Shown: positions 30,673 to 39,592 of the stretch, piece after piece | Numbering within the stretch: position 1 is the first letter of the stretch | How the letters are laid out: every line of letters begins with the position of its first letter | Source: an uncultured Chloroflexia bacterium | GTDB taxonomy: Bacteria; Chloroflexota; Limnocylindria; Limnocylindrales; CSP1-4 | DNA length: 64,000 nt | Assembly: GCA_963768035.1 (NCBI GenBank) | Contig: CAVYGJ010000001.1 | Coordinates: 1,894-65,893, forward strand | Direction: 5' to 3' | Notes under the pieces: generated by a model | What the model was told of the DNA's origin: nothing | Database searches by the model: none | The model's input: only the letters and a program-made list of their open reading frames with translations | Position numbers and translations under genes: made by a program

Positions 30673-31434
30673 GTGCCTGCCCCCGCCGCCCCCGTCACGC
30701 CCGCGTCGCCGCCGCTCCCGCGCGCCCCGACGATCGGCGGCGCCTTCGGGGCCGGCGGGAGCGACCTGTTCTACAACTCGTGGCGGGTCGTCCCGGCCAA
30801 CCTCATCGTCGGCGTGGGGCTCGTGGTCGTGCTCTGGGTCTGGGCGATCGCGGGCGCGCTCGCCGCGGCGGTCGTCTCGGTGCCGCTCGCACTCCCGCTG
30901 GCGGGCCTGTTCCGCCTCGGCGCCATGGCGACCCGTGGCCGGGACGTCAACCTGTCGGACGTCCTCGACCCGGCGCGGGCCGAGCCGCTGCCGATCCTGC
31001 TCACGGGCGCCGGGTTCGCGGCCGCGTTGCTCGTGCTGGGCACCAACCTCATCGGCGGCATCCTCGTCGGCGGGGTCTTCGCATGGGCCATCGCGACCGC
31101 GGCGTTCTGGGGTCTGGGGATCCTGATCGCGCTAGGCTTCGCGCTGTGGCCGATCGCGGTCGATCCGGAACGGGCGGGCATGGCGTGGCGGGCGCGGGTG
31201 CGCCTCGCCGGGCTGCTCGTGCTCGCCCATCCGGGCCGCATGGGCGCGTTGTCGATCCTCCTCGTGATCCTGCTCGCCATCAGCACGGTCATCGTGGCGG
31301 CGGTCCTCACGGTGAGCATCGGGTTCTCGGCGCTCGTCGCCTGCCGCTACGTCCTGCCGGCGGCCGACCGGCTGGAGGCGCGGCTCGGCGAGCGACCCGG
31401 GCCGGGCTCGACGCCTGACATGGCAGCGCGGTGA
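30673..31434 (+). CDS. polytopic membrane protein, DUF624/YesL-like (tentative)
   Basis: Tail of the 29911..31434 frame starting at GTG 30673. It has hydrophobic segments around a 'RGRDVNLSDVL' loop, and sits after the sugar permeases as YesL-like genes do. Confidence 0.5.
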   Translation: MPAPAAPVTPASPPLPRAPTIGGAFGAGGSDLFYNSWRVVPANLIVGVGLVVVLWVWAIAGALAAAVVSVPLALPLAGLFRLGAMATRGRDVNLSDVLDPARAEPLPILLTGAGFAAALLVLGTNLIGGILVGGVFAWAIATAAFWGLGILIALGFALWPIAVDPERAGMAWRARVRLAGLLVLAHPGRMGALSILLVILLAISTVIVAAVLTVSIGFSALVACRYVLPAADRLEARLGERPGPGSTPDMAAR

Positions 31435-33590
31435 GCGTCCCGATCCCCGTCGGCCCCGCGACGATCACGATCAACCGCGACGACCGGGTCGTCGTGTGCC
31501 AGCCCGACGGCTCGATCCACGGCACCTCCGAGGACGGGTTCTTCGCCCGCGACACCCGGTTCCTGAGCGGCTACACGCTGCTGGTCAACGGCGCGCAGCC
31601 CGCGCTCCTCAACTCCGCGCCCGTCCGGTTCTTCTCGGCGCGCTACGAGATGACCAACGAGAGCCTGCTCGACCGCGACGGGGCGATCCCGCGGCACAGC
31701 CTCGCGATCCGCCTCGACCGGACGATCAGCGGCGGCGTCCACGAGGACCTCGACGTCGTGAACTACGCACGGCGCCCGGTCCACCTGGCGATCGAGATCC
31801 AGCTGACCTCGGACTTCGCGGACATCTTCGACGTCAAGGGCGGCGGCATCGTCCGCCGCGGCACGATCGACACCGGCTGGTCGCCCTCGCGCCAGGAGCT
31901 GCGCACGGTCTACGTCAACGGCGACTTCCGGCGCGAGCTGATCGTCACCGTGGACCGCTCGGACGCGCGGGCCCAGTACGCGAACGGCCGGCTCCTGTTC
32001 GTCGCGGAGATCGCCCCCAAGGGCGTGTGGCACGCCTGCACGTCGTGGCTCCCGATCACGCGCTTCGGCGTCAAGCGGCCCGAGGTCCTGCCCTGCAACG
32101 CGGTCGAGGTGCCGCTGCCGATGGCCGGCGTGGACCGGCTTCCCGCGGTCGCCATCCGGACGAGCAACGAGACCGTGCGGCGCGCCTGGTCGCAGGCCGT
32201 CGGCGACCTCGAGGCGCTCCACCTCGAGGACCCGACCTTCGAGCGTGGCGTCTACGTCCCGGCCGCGGGCGTCCCGTGGTTCCTGACGCTGTTCGGCCGG
32301 GACACGCTCATCGTCTCGATGCAGACGATCAGCGGCTACCCCGAGTTCGCCGACGGTGCGCTCCGGCGGCTCGCGGCCCTCCAGGCGACGGCCGACGACC
32401 CGATCCGGGACATGGAGCCGGGCAAGATCCCGCACGAGATCCGGCACGGCGAGCTCGCCCAGACCGGCATCCTGCCGTTCACGCCCTACTACGGCACCCA
32501 CGACGCCACGACCCTGTACGTCAGCGTCCTCTCGTACCTCCACCACTGGGTCGGCCACGAGGGCCCGGTGCGGCGGCACCTCGCCACGGCCGAGGCCGCG
32601 CTGCGCTGGGCCCGCGACTCGGGCGACCGCGACGGCGACGGGTTCCAGGAGTACGGGACCCGTTCGCCGCACGGCTACTACAACCAGGGCTGGAAGGATG
32701 CCGGCGACGCGGTCCCGCACGAGGACGGGACGCTCGCCCCGCTCCCGATCGCGCTGTGCGAGCACCAGGGCTACCTGTACGACGCGACGCTGCGCATGGC
32801 CGACATCTACGAGCTCCTCGGACGGGACGCGGACGCCGCCCGGCTGCGCGAGGAGGCGGCCGCCCTGTACGACCGCTTCAACGACGCGTTCTGGTGGGAG
32901 GAGGAGGGGACGTACTACCTCGGCCTCGACGGCGCCAAGCGCCCGATCCGCACGGTGGCATCGAACGCGGGCCACCTGCTCCAGTCGGGGATCGTCCCGC
33001 CCGAGCGCGCGGGCCGGGTCGTGGAGCGGCTGATGCGCGAGGACCTGTGGTCGGGCTGGGGGATCCGGACCCTGTCGTCGGACCACGTCGCGTACAACCC
33101 GTTCTCGTACCACACGGGCTCGGTCTGGCCGCACGACAACGCGGTGATCGCGGGCGGCTTCCGGCGCTACGGGTACGCCGCCGAGGCGGCGAAGGTCGCG
33201 AAGGGCATGTTCGACGCCGCCGAGCGGCTCGCGCAGTACCGGCTCCCCGAGCTGTTCGCGGGCCTGCCCCGTCACGAGGCGTCGTTCCCGGTCCAGTACC
33301 CGGGCGCCAACGTGCCCCAGGCGTGGGCCGCGAGCGCGATCCTGCGGCTCGTCGCCGTGCTCGCGGGGATCCACGCCCGGACGGACGCGGAGGGCTCGAC
33401 GATCTTCATCGACCCGGCGCTGCCGGACTGGCTGCCCGAGCTCGCGATCACGAACCTGCGCGCCGGTCACGGGGCGGTGTCGATCTCGCTCGTGGACGGC
33501 CAGCTCGAGGTCCTGTCCAACACCACCGGCTTCGAGGTTCGCCACGGGGCGCCACCCCGCGTCCTCGGCCGGCCGTCGGGCGCCGGCTAG
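31431..33590 (+). CDS. amylo-alpha-1,6-glucosidase / glycogen-debranching-enzyme-like (alpha/alpha)6 glycosidase
   Basis: The N-terminus 'ITINRDDRVVVCQPDGSI...GFFARDTRFLS' matches the bacterial GDE N-terminal domain pattern. The C-terminal half has 'GVPWFLTLFGRDTLI', 'YYNQGWKDAGD' and 'YHTGSVWPHDN'. GTGA overlap with the previous gene. Confidence 0.75.
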   Translation: MSVPIPVGPATITINRDDRVVVCQPDGSIHGTSEDGFFARDTRFLSGYTLLVNGAQPALLNSAPVRFFSARYEMTNESLLDRDGAIPRHSLAIRLDRTISGGVHEDLDVVNYARRPVHLAIEIQLTSDFADIFDVKGGGIVRRGTIDTGWSPSRQELRTVYVNGDFRRELIVTVDRSDARAQYANGRLLFVAEIAPKGVWHACTSWLPITRFGVKRPEVLPCNAVEVPLPMAGVDRLPAVAIRTSNETVRRAWSQAVGDLEALHLEDPTFERGVYVPAAGVPWFLTLFGRDTLIVSMQTISGYPEFADGALRRLAALQATADDPIRDMEPGKIPHEIRHGELAQTGILPFTPYYGTHDATTLYVSVLSYLHHWVGHEGPVRRHLATAEAALRWARDSGDRDGDGFQEYGTRSPHGYYNQGWKDAGDAVPHEDGTLAPLPIALCEHQGYLYDATLRMADIYELLGRDADAARLREEAAALYDRFNDAFWWEEEGTYYLGLDGAKRPIRTVASNAGHLLQSGIVPPERAGRVVERLMREDLWSGWGIRTLSSDHVAYNPFSYHTGSVWPHDNAVIAGGFRRYGYAAEAAKVAKGMFDAAERLAQYRLPELFAGLPRHEASFPVQYPGANVPQAWAASAILRLVAVLAGIHARTDAEGSTIFIDPALPDWLPELAITNLRAGHGAVSISLVDGQLEVLSNTTGFEVRHGAPPRVLGRPSGAG

Positions 33591-33603
33591 CCCGGGAATC
33601 GCA

Positions 33604-33632
33604 ACGGCCCCGGGGGCGTGACCCGGGGCCGT
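33604..33632. terminator. bidirectional stem-loop between convergent genes
   Basis: ACGGCCCCGGG-GGCGTGA-CCCGGGGCCGT, a perfect 11-bp stem. Confidence 0.55.
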
Positions 33633-33668
33633 GACGGTGTGGTGGCGGCGCGAACGCCGCGGCGGGAC

Positions 33669-33875
33669 CTAGAGCGCGCGGCCCTGGCGGTCGTGGTCGG
33701 CGTCGGCGCAGGCGACCTTGTCGCCGCGCGCGTCGCGGCCGGCCATCGGCGCGAAGTGGCGGTACGTGTCCGCGGTCGAGCGCTGCAGGCGACAGCCGCA
33801 GGCCTCGCAGGTCACGACGCCGCTGCGGATCTCGGCGCCGGCGATGCCGGTGGTGTCATAGGCGGGGTATGTCAA
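33669..33875 (-). CDS. 68-aa Cys-rich hypothetical protein
   Basis: GGGAGGA lies 7 nt before TTG 33875. Translation is '(M)TYPAYDTTGIAGAEIRSGVVTCEACGCRLQRSTADTYRHFAPMAGRDARGDKVACADADHDRQGRAL'. It has CxxCxC plus a distal C/H, and GC3-rich codons. Confidence 0.4.
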   Translation of the reverse strand: MTYPAYDTTGIAGAEIRSGVVTCEACGCRLQRSTADTYRHFAPMAGRDARGDKVACADADHDRQGRAL

Positions 33876-34088
33876 TTCGGTGTCCTCCCTGAACGCGGGT
33901 GGGGGACGGACCGGGACCGGATCCGTGGTGGCTGCCGAGGGCACGAACAGCCGGAGGGGTAGCGTGCGCCAGCGCGCGCGGCGGGACGACCGTCCATCGG
34001 GGTCCGCGACGGTTGCGGTTCGGTAACGACAAGACGGAACCCCAGGCCCGCCGCTGGTGGCAGACCCGGGGTTCGAAGAGCTCCCGGT

Positions 34089-34108
34089 CGCCGGCCCGAA
34101 GGCCGGCG
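34089..34108 (-). terminator. stem-loop after amt
   Basis: On the minus strand this is CGCCGGCC-TTCG-GGCCGGCG, a perfect 8-bp stem with a TTCG tetraloop, 16 nt after the amt stop. Confidence 0.55.
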
Positions 34109-34123
34109 GGTGTGGCCGAAGGA

Positions 34124-35452
34124 TCAGCTCTGGTAGGCGACCTCGCCATGGACGGACTGGTCGAGGCCCATCTCCTCGTCGGCGGCCTTGACGCGGATCC
34201 CGAGGATCGCATCGACAACCTTGACGATGATGAACGTGGCGACGACTGCGTAGGCGATCGTTGCCCCGACGGCAAGGATCTGGGTGACGACCTGCTGGGG
34301 GTTGCCGTCGATCAGGCCGGGGTAGGCGTTGATGGCCGTCGTCGCGAAGATGCCGGTCGCGATGGCGCCGAACGTGCCGCCGACGCCGTGGACCGCGAAG
34401 ACGTCGAGCGCGTCGTCGACGCGGAGCCGCTCGCGCAGGAGGGTGGCGCCGTAGCAGATGCCGCCGACCGCGAGACCGATCGCGAGCGCGCCGCCCGCGG
34501 TCACGAAGCCCGACGCCGGGGTGATGGCCACGAGGCCGGCCACCGCGCCGCACGCGGCGCCGACGACCGAGACCTTGCGCTTGTGGATGTAGCTCGCGAG
34601 GACCCAGGTGATCGTCGCGGCGGCGGCCGCCGTGTTCGTCACCAGCAGGGCGTTGGCCGCGAGGCCGTTGGCCGCCAGGGCGGACCCTGCGTTGAAGCCG
34701 AACCAGCCGAACCACAGGAGGCCCGCGCCGAGGACGGTCATCGGGATGTCGTGGGGCTCCATCCGGTCACCGCCGCTGATGACGCGCCGGCCGATGAGCA
34801 GGGCGACGATCAGGGCCGAGACGCCGGACGACGCATGGACGACCGTGCCACCGGCGAAGTCGAGGGCGCCGGCCTTGAACAGCCAGCCGTCTGCCGCCCA
34901 GACCCAGTGCGCGATCGGCGAGTAGACGAGGACGGACCACAGGATCGTGAACAGGACGAAGGCGCCGAACCGCTTGCGCTCGGCGAACGCGCCCGAGATC
35001 AGCGCGGGCGTGATCGCCGCGAACATCAGCTGGAACGCCGCGAACAGCACGAACGGGATCGTCGTGCCGTAGGTGGCGGACGGCTCGAGCCCGACGCCCA
35101 TGAACCCGACGAAGTCGAGACCGCCGATCCAGCCGCTGCCGAGGATCGGGAGCGAGACGTCGGGGCCGAACGCCAGCGAGAAGCCGACGAGCACCCAGAC
35201 GACGCTGACCAGGGCCAGGCCGAAGAAGCTGTGCATGATCGTCGAGAGCACGTTCTTGCGGCGCACGAGGCCGCCGTAGAAGAGCGCCAGACCCGGCAGC
35301 ATGACCATGACCAGCGCCGTGGCGATGAGCATCCAGGCGGTGTCGCCTGAGTCGATCGGGGCGCCGTCGGCAGCGGCGGCGAGGCCGGGCAGGGCACCCA
35401 GCAAGGCCGCGGCACCCAGGCCGGCAGAGAGCAGTCTTCCAGCAGCTCGCAT
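34124..35452 (-). CDS. amt: ammonium transporter
   Basis: Signal peptide 'MRAAGRLLSAGLGAAALLGALPGLAAA', 'DTAWMLIATALVMVMLPGLALFYGG' and 'LDFAGGTVVHASSGVSAL'. The ORF extends to 35527, but ATG 35452 fits the signal peptide. Confidence 0.9.
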   Translation of the reverse strand: MRAAGRLLSAGLGAAALLGALPGLAAAADGAPIDSGDTAWMLIATALVMVMLPGLALFYGGLVRRKNVLSTIMHSFFGLALVSVVWVLVGFSLAFGPDVSLPILGSGWIGGLDFVGFMGVGLEPSATYGTTIPFVLFAAFQLMFAAITPALISGAFAERKRFGAFVLFTILWSVLVYSPIAHWVWAADGWLFKAGALDFAGGTVVHASSGVSALIVALLIGRRVISGGDRMEPHDIPMTVLGAGLLWFGWFGFNAGSALAANGLAANALLVTNTAAAAATITWVLASYIHKRKVSVVGAACGAVAGLVAITPASGFVTAGGALAIGLAVGGICYGATLLRERLRVDDALDVFAVHGVGGTFGAIATGIFATTAINAYPGLIDGNPQQVVTQILAVGATIAYAVVATFIIVKVVDAILGIRVKAADEEMGLDQSVHGEVAYQS

Positions 35453-35656
35453 TGCTCGATGAGCCTCCCAACTCCTCCAACCCCGGGCGGGGATACCCGG
35501 ACGTTGATGGACGGAGGGTGGGCGCATGGCCGTCCCCGGTCACGCACGTGAGCGATGCAGCCGGGATTCGGTTGAGTCCGGTGCGGTTGCGGAAACATTG
35601 CGGTCGTTCACGCGCGTAGATCGCACGCGTGCACGCGCACGAGGGACCCGCGCTCC

Positions 35657-36871
35657 TCAGGCCCCGTCGACCTCGTCGAGCACCCCGGAGCGGCGGACGA
35701 CCAGCCCGGCGGTCGTCCCCTGGACGAGGAGCGTCACGAGGACGATCCCGAACACGGCCCCGGTCAGGAGGTCACGGTCGGGGATCGTCGGCGGCAGCGC
35801 GAGGGCGAGCGCGACCGCGATCGCGCCCCGGAGGCCGGCCCAGAACATCACGTGCAGGTAGCCCGTCGAGAGCCGCCGCGGACCGGGCAGGAGCCGGGAT
35901 CCGAGCCCCACGACCCCGTAGACGACGAGCGCCCGCGCCACGGTGATCGCGACGAAGCCGGCGACGACGACCGGCAGCGCCTGCAGCAGCAGGTCCGGGC
36001 TGATCGCGAACCCGACGAGCAGGAACACGAGCGCGGTCAGGAGGAACGCCGTGAACTCCCACACCGTGTCGAGCGCCTGGCGCGACCGCTCGCTGAGCTC
36101 GCGCGTCCCGTGGTTGTTGCCCAGCACGAGCCCGACGACGACGGTCGCGATGATCCCCGATTCGTGGAAGGCGTCGGCGACGAGGTAGGTCCCGTACGCG
36201 GCGACGACCGAGATCGCGACCTCCAGCTGGGGGTCGTCCGTCGCGTGCATGGCGCGGAAGGCGACGACCCCGGCGACGAGCCCGATCGCCGCGCTGACGG
36301 CGACGGTCACCACGAACGAGACCACGCCGTCCGCGAGCGAGACGGGCGCCGAGAGGGCCGCGATCGCGATCGTGAACAGCACGACGCCCGTGCCGTCGTT
36401 GAGCAGGCTCTCGGCGTCCACGAGCGTCGCGAGCCGGTTCGGGGCGCCCACCCGCTTGAACAGCGAGACGACCGCGACCGGGTCCGTGGCCGAGATGATC
36501 GCGCCGAGCACGAACGCCTCGGGGGTGTCGAGGTCGGTGAAGAGCGGCACGACGAGCGCGACGACGACCGCGGTGATCAGGACGCCCGGCGCGGCGAGCA
36601 CCGCGACGACGCCGAACGTCTGGCGCAGCTCCGTGACGTCGATCTTGTAGGCGGCCTGGAACACGAGGCCCGGGATCAGGACCGCGAGGATCAGCTCCGG
36701 CGTGACCTCGATCCGCGGGCCCTGGACGACGAACGCGATCGCGAGGCCGGCGAGGACGAGGGCGACCGAGTAGGGGAGCGCGACCCGGCGGGCGACGAGG
36801 GCGACGATCGTCGCCAGGAGGACGAACACGATGAACAGCTCGACCGCGAGCAGCGCCGGGACCTCCTCCAT
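35657..36871 (-). CDS. Na+/H+ (cation:proton) antiporter, CPA1/NhaP type
   Basis: 404 aa, about 11-12 TM, with 'GAIISATDPVAVVSLF' and 'ESLLNDGTGVVLF'. Confidence 0.85.
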   Translation of the reverse strand: MEEVPALLAVELFIVFVLLATIVALVARRVALPYSVALVLAGLAIAFVVQGPRIEVTPELILAVLIPGLVFQAAYKIDVTELRQTFGVVAVLAAPGVLITAVVVALVVPLFTDLDTPEAFVLGAIISATDPVAVVSLFKRVGAPNRLATLVDAESLLNDGTGVVLFTIAIAALSAPVSLADGVVSFVVTVAVSAAIGLVAGVVAFRAMHATDDPQLEVAISVVAAYGTYLVADAFHESGIIATVVVGLVLGNNHGTRELSERSRQALDTVWEFTAFLLTALVFLLVGFAISPDLLLQALPVVVAGFVAITVARALVVYGVVGLGSRLLPGPRRLSTGYLHVMFWAGLRGAIAVALALALPPTIPDRDLLTGAVFGIVLVTLLVQGTTAGLVVRRSGVLDEVDGA

Positions 36872-36933
36872 CGACGGAGCGTAGCGCCCGCCTCGCGTGC
36901 CGGTACCCTGATCGCGACACCACGGAGGATGGG

Positions 36934-37701
36934 ATGGACCTGGGACTTGTTGGCCGGCGCGCCCTTGTCGGCGGCGGCGGATCGGGGATCGGCGGGGGCA
37001 TCGCCACCGTGCTCGCGGCGGAGGGTGCGCGCGTGGCGCTCATCGGCCGGACCGAGGACCGCGTGCGCGACGCGGCGGCGCGGCTCGGCGGCGTCGCGGT
37101 GGTCGCCGACCTCGCGACACCCGACGGGTCTGCGACCGCGGTCGACCAGGCGGTCGCGGCCCTCGGCGGCCTCGACCTGCTGGTGGTGAACACCGGGGGA
37201 CCGCCGGGCGGCACGTTCGACGTCCTCGACGAGGCGGCCTGGCAGGTGGCGATCGACGGGACGCTCCAGGCCGTGCTGCGCCTCATCCGGGCCGCGCTGC
37301 CGCACCTCCGGGCGGGATCGGATCCGTCGATCCTCATCGTGCTCTCGTCCTCGGTCCGGGAGCCGATCCCGGGCCTCACGACCTCGAACGTCCTCCGGCC
37401 GGGCCTCGCGGGGCTGATCAAGACGCTCCAGGTCGAGCTCGCGCCGGTCCGCATCAACGGCCTCGCGCCGGGCCGGATCGCGACGGACCGGATCGCATGG
37501 CTCGACGCCCGGCGGGCGGAGTCGGACGGGATCACGCTCGAGGAGGTCGAGGCGCGGTCGAAGGCGACGATCCCGCTCGGGCGGTACGGCGAGCCGGCGG
37601 AGATCGGCCGGGTGGGTGCGTTCCTGCTGTCGCCCGCGGCGTCGTTCGTGACCGGGGCGATCGTCCCGGTGGACGGGGGGATGATCCGGGCCCTGCCGTA
37701 G
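36934..37701 (+). CDS. short-chain dehydrogenase/reductase family protein
   Basis: 'ALVGGGGSGIGGGIA' and 'LVVNTGGP'. 255 aa. Confidence 0.75.
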   Translation: MDLGLVGRRALVGGGGSGIGGGIATVLAAEGARVALIGRTEDRVRDAAARLGGVAVVADLATPDGSATAVDQAVAALGGLDLLVVNTGGPPGGTFDVLDEAAWQVAIDGTLQAVLRLIRAALPHLRAGSDPSILIVLSSSVREPIPGLTTSNVLRPGLAGLIKTLQVELAPVRINGLAPGRIATDRIAWLDARRAESDGITLEEVEARSKATIPLGRYGEPAEIGRVGAFLLSPAASFVTGAIVPVDGGMIRALP

Positions 37702-37709
37702 GACGCTGT

Positions 37710-39482
37710 TCACCCGCCGTTGGGCACGATCTCGTCGGGGAGTGAGCTCGCTGCCGGTGGATCGACCGCGGCGACGGTCACGCGCACGATTGCGGGCGCA
37801 TTGCCGAGCGCCGAGAGCGGCCCGTACACCGGTGATACGACGTCGATCACGAGCAGGTACTCGCCGGGCACGAACAGGCGTGTCCAGCGCGAGCCGCACG
37901 ACCTCGCCGTCGGGCGTCCGCACCTCTTCGGGTGACAGCAGCGCCGACGCGGGTGGTGGAATGGGGACATCGCTCGTCGCAGTCCACATCGCGACAACAT
38001 GCGCGGGCCACCTGTTCACGAGTCCAACGACCTCCTCCTCCCAGGGTTGCGTACCCACATCGAGGACGCGCACCGTCACCTCGGCCGGCATCCCGGCGAC
38101 GATGAAGAGGCTCGCAGGGGCGCCGTACGCGACTGCGATGGATCCCGCGACCTTGACGAACACGGGAGCGAGGAGCGCCTGGGTCGCGGCGTCGTATGCC
38201 TCACCGGTGGGGGTGTGGAGCGTCGGCACGAGGCGGTACAGGCCGGCCGCGACCGGGAAGGCGGTTTCGACCGAGAGACCCTTCGCGTGACGCTTCATGG
38301 GCGCGAGGTCGACAACGGCTCCGATCCGTTCGGGAACAACGAGGTCGACCGTCGGAGCCTCCGTAGACACGAAGGAATCGCCCGGCCCCGCGCCCGCGGC
38401 TGGCACCGTCTGGAGGGGAGGGTCGAGCAGCACGGGATCCCAGCGCAGGCCGATCTGCGCGCCCTTGGGCACGGCTGAAACGCTGCCGCCCGCGAGCGGC
38501 AGGCTGAGCGTCGTCGTCGTGGCCGCGATCGGGAGCGTGCCGAGGCTGAGCTCGCCGAACCGGAGCGAGGCGTTCGCGAGCGAGGGCTCCGCCGGTACGG
38601 CGACCGACGGGCCGCCGATCCAGCCCGTCGCACTCCCTCGGAGATCGCCCGCAGTGACGCCGCGCGAGACGAGCGAGCGGTAGAAGCCCGACGTCGCGTT
38701 GTCCGGGTCGAGCCGCGACGTGTACCCCGGCGAGCGGACGCTCTTGAAGCTCATCGTGTGGCCGTTCGCGCTCGGGCGAGCGGTTCCAGATCGGACGTGA
38801 TCGAGCGCGTTCGTCGTGAGCAGCTGGCGGACGTACCAGGCGGGTCCCATGTGCGCCTCGGCGACGACGGCCTTCGCGCCGGCGCGGATGAACCCGGCGG
38901 CGTAGTTGTCCACGCGCTGGGTCGCGATGTCGAGGCCGCCCTCGGGGAGACCGGCTCGGTGTTGCCGCTGGCGTAGCAGAGGTGGTTGAGGAGCACGACC
39001 GCGTTGTCCGCGAGCCGGACGTTGTCGACCGACGCCTCGCCGAAGTACTGGTGGGAGCTGTCGTCAGCGCCCGCGACGGGGTTCAGCCCGAAGCCGTTCT
39101 GGGAGGGCGGGTAGAGCGCGTCGCGGTAGCGGGACGGCCACCCGTTGCCGTGGCCCAGGTAGACGACGATCGAGGCGTCGGTGATGGCCGCCTTGACCGC
39201 CGGCCACGTCGCGTTGGGCGAGTAGACCTTGACGACCTGGGCGCCGGCGGCGCGCGCCACGCGGGCGGCCTCGTTGGCGAGCGCCTTGTAGTTCGCGGTG
39301 ATGCCGCCGACGGGGCCGACGATCAGGACGACCTTGGGGATCCGTGTCCCGGCTGCGACCGGCGGGATGCCGCCCAGCGCAACGAGGACCCCGACCACCA
39401 GCGCGACGAGCGTCGTGCGCAGGTGCGTACTCGTGGTTCGCCCCAGGCGATGCCCTGCGGCGAACGGGTCGTGGAGTGTCAC
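37710..39482 (-). pseudogene. secreted protein with a caspase-fold-like (clan CD-like) His/Cys dyad; two compensating frame breaks
   Basis: AAAGGAG lies 5 nt before GTG 39482, followed by a TM/signal 'LVALVVGVLVALGGIPPVAAG'. 'VVYLGHGNGW' and 'VVLLNHLCYASGN' resemble the H-G / C dyad of clan CD peptidases. The protein continues in the 36691..38913 frame ('GLPEGGLDIATQRVDNYAAGFIRAGAKAVVAEAHMG...') and returns to the first frame at about 37878 ('VPGEYLLVIDVVSPVYG...'). One base is missing near 38953 and one is extra near 37878. Confidence 0.5.
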
Positions 39483-39592
39483 GGTGGCTCCTTTGAGCCC
39501 GGACACCGGGATCGGGGTGGCCCCGGTGTCCGGGCACGGAGAACTGCGAGTGACCGGGCCGGCGCGCGATGCGGCCGGCCCGGTCTTCATGG

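Noticed and set aside
27310-33545. 849-aa (27310..29859) and 732-aa (31347..33545) minus-strand ORFs
   Set aside because: They are antisense shadows of the ABC transporter and GDE-like genes, whose plus-strand products have clear family motifs.
34070-34077. GGTTCGAA (tRNA T-loop-like) in the amt downstream spacer
   Set aside because: The flanks do not form a T-stem of 5 bp around a 7-nt loop, and no acceptor or anticodon arms can be drawn.
35453-35656. GlnR-type box (gTnAc-N6-GaAAc) upstream of amt
   Set aside because: GTGAAC and GTTTCC/AAC elements are present, but the spacing does not match the described periodicity. This is not supportable without a matrix scan.
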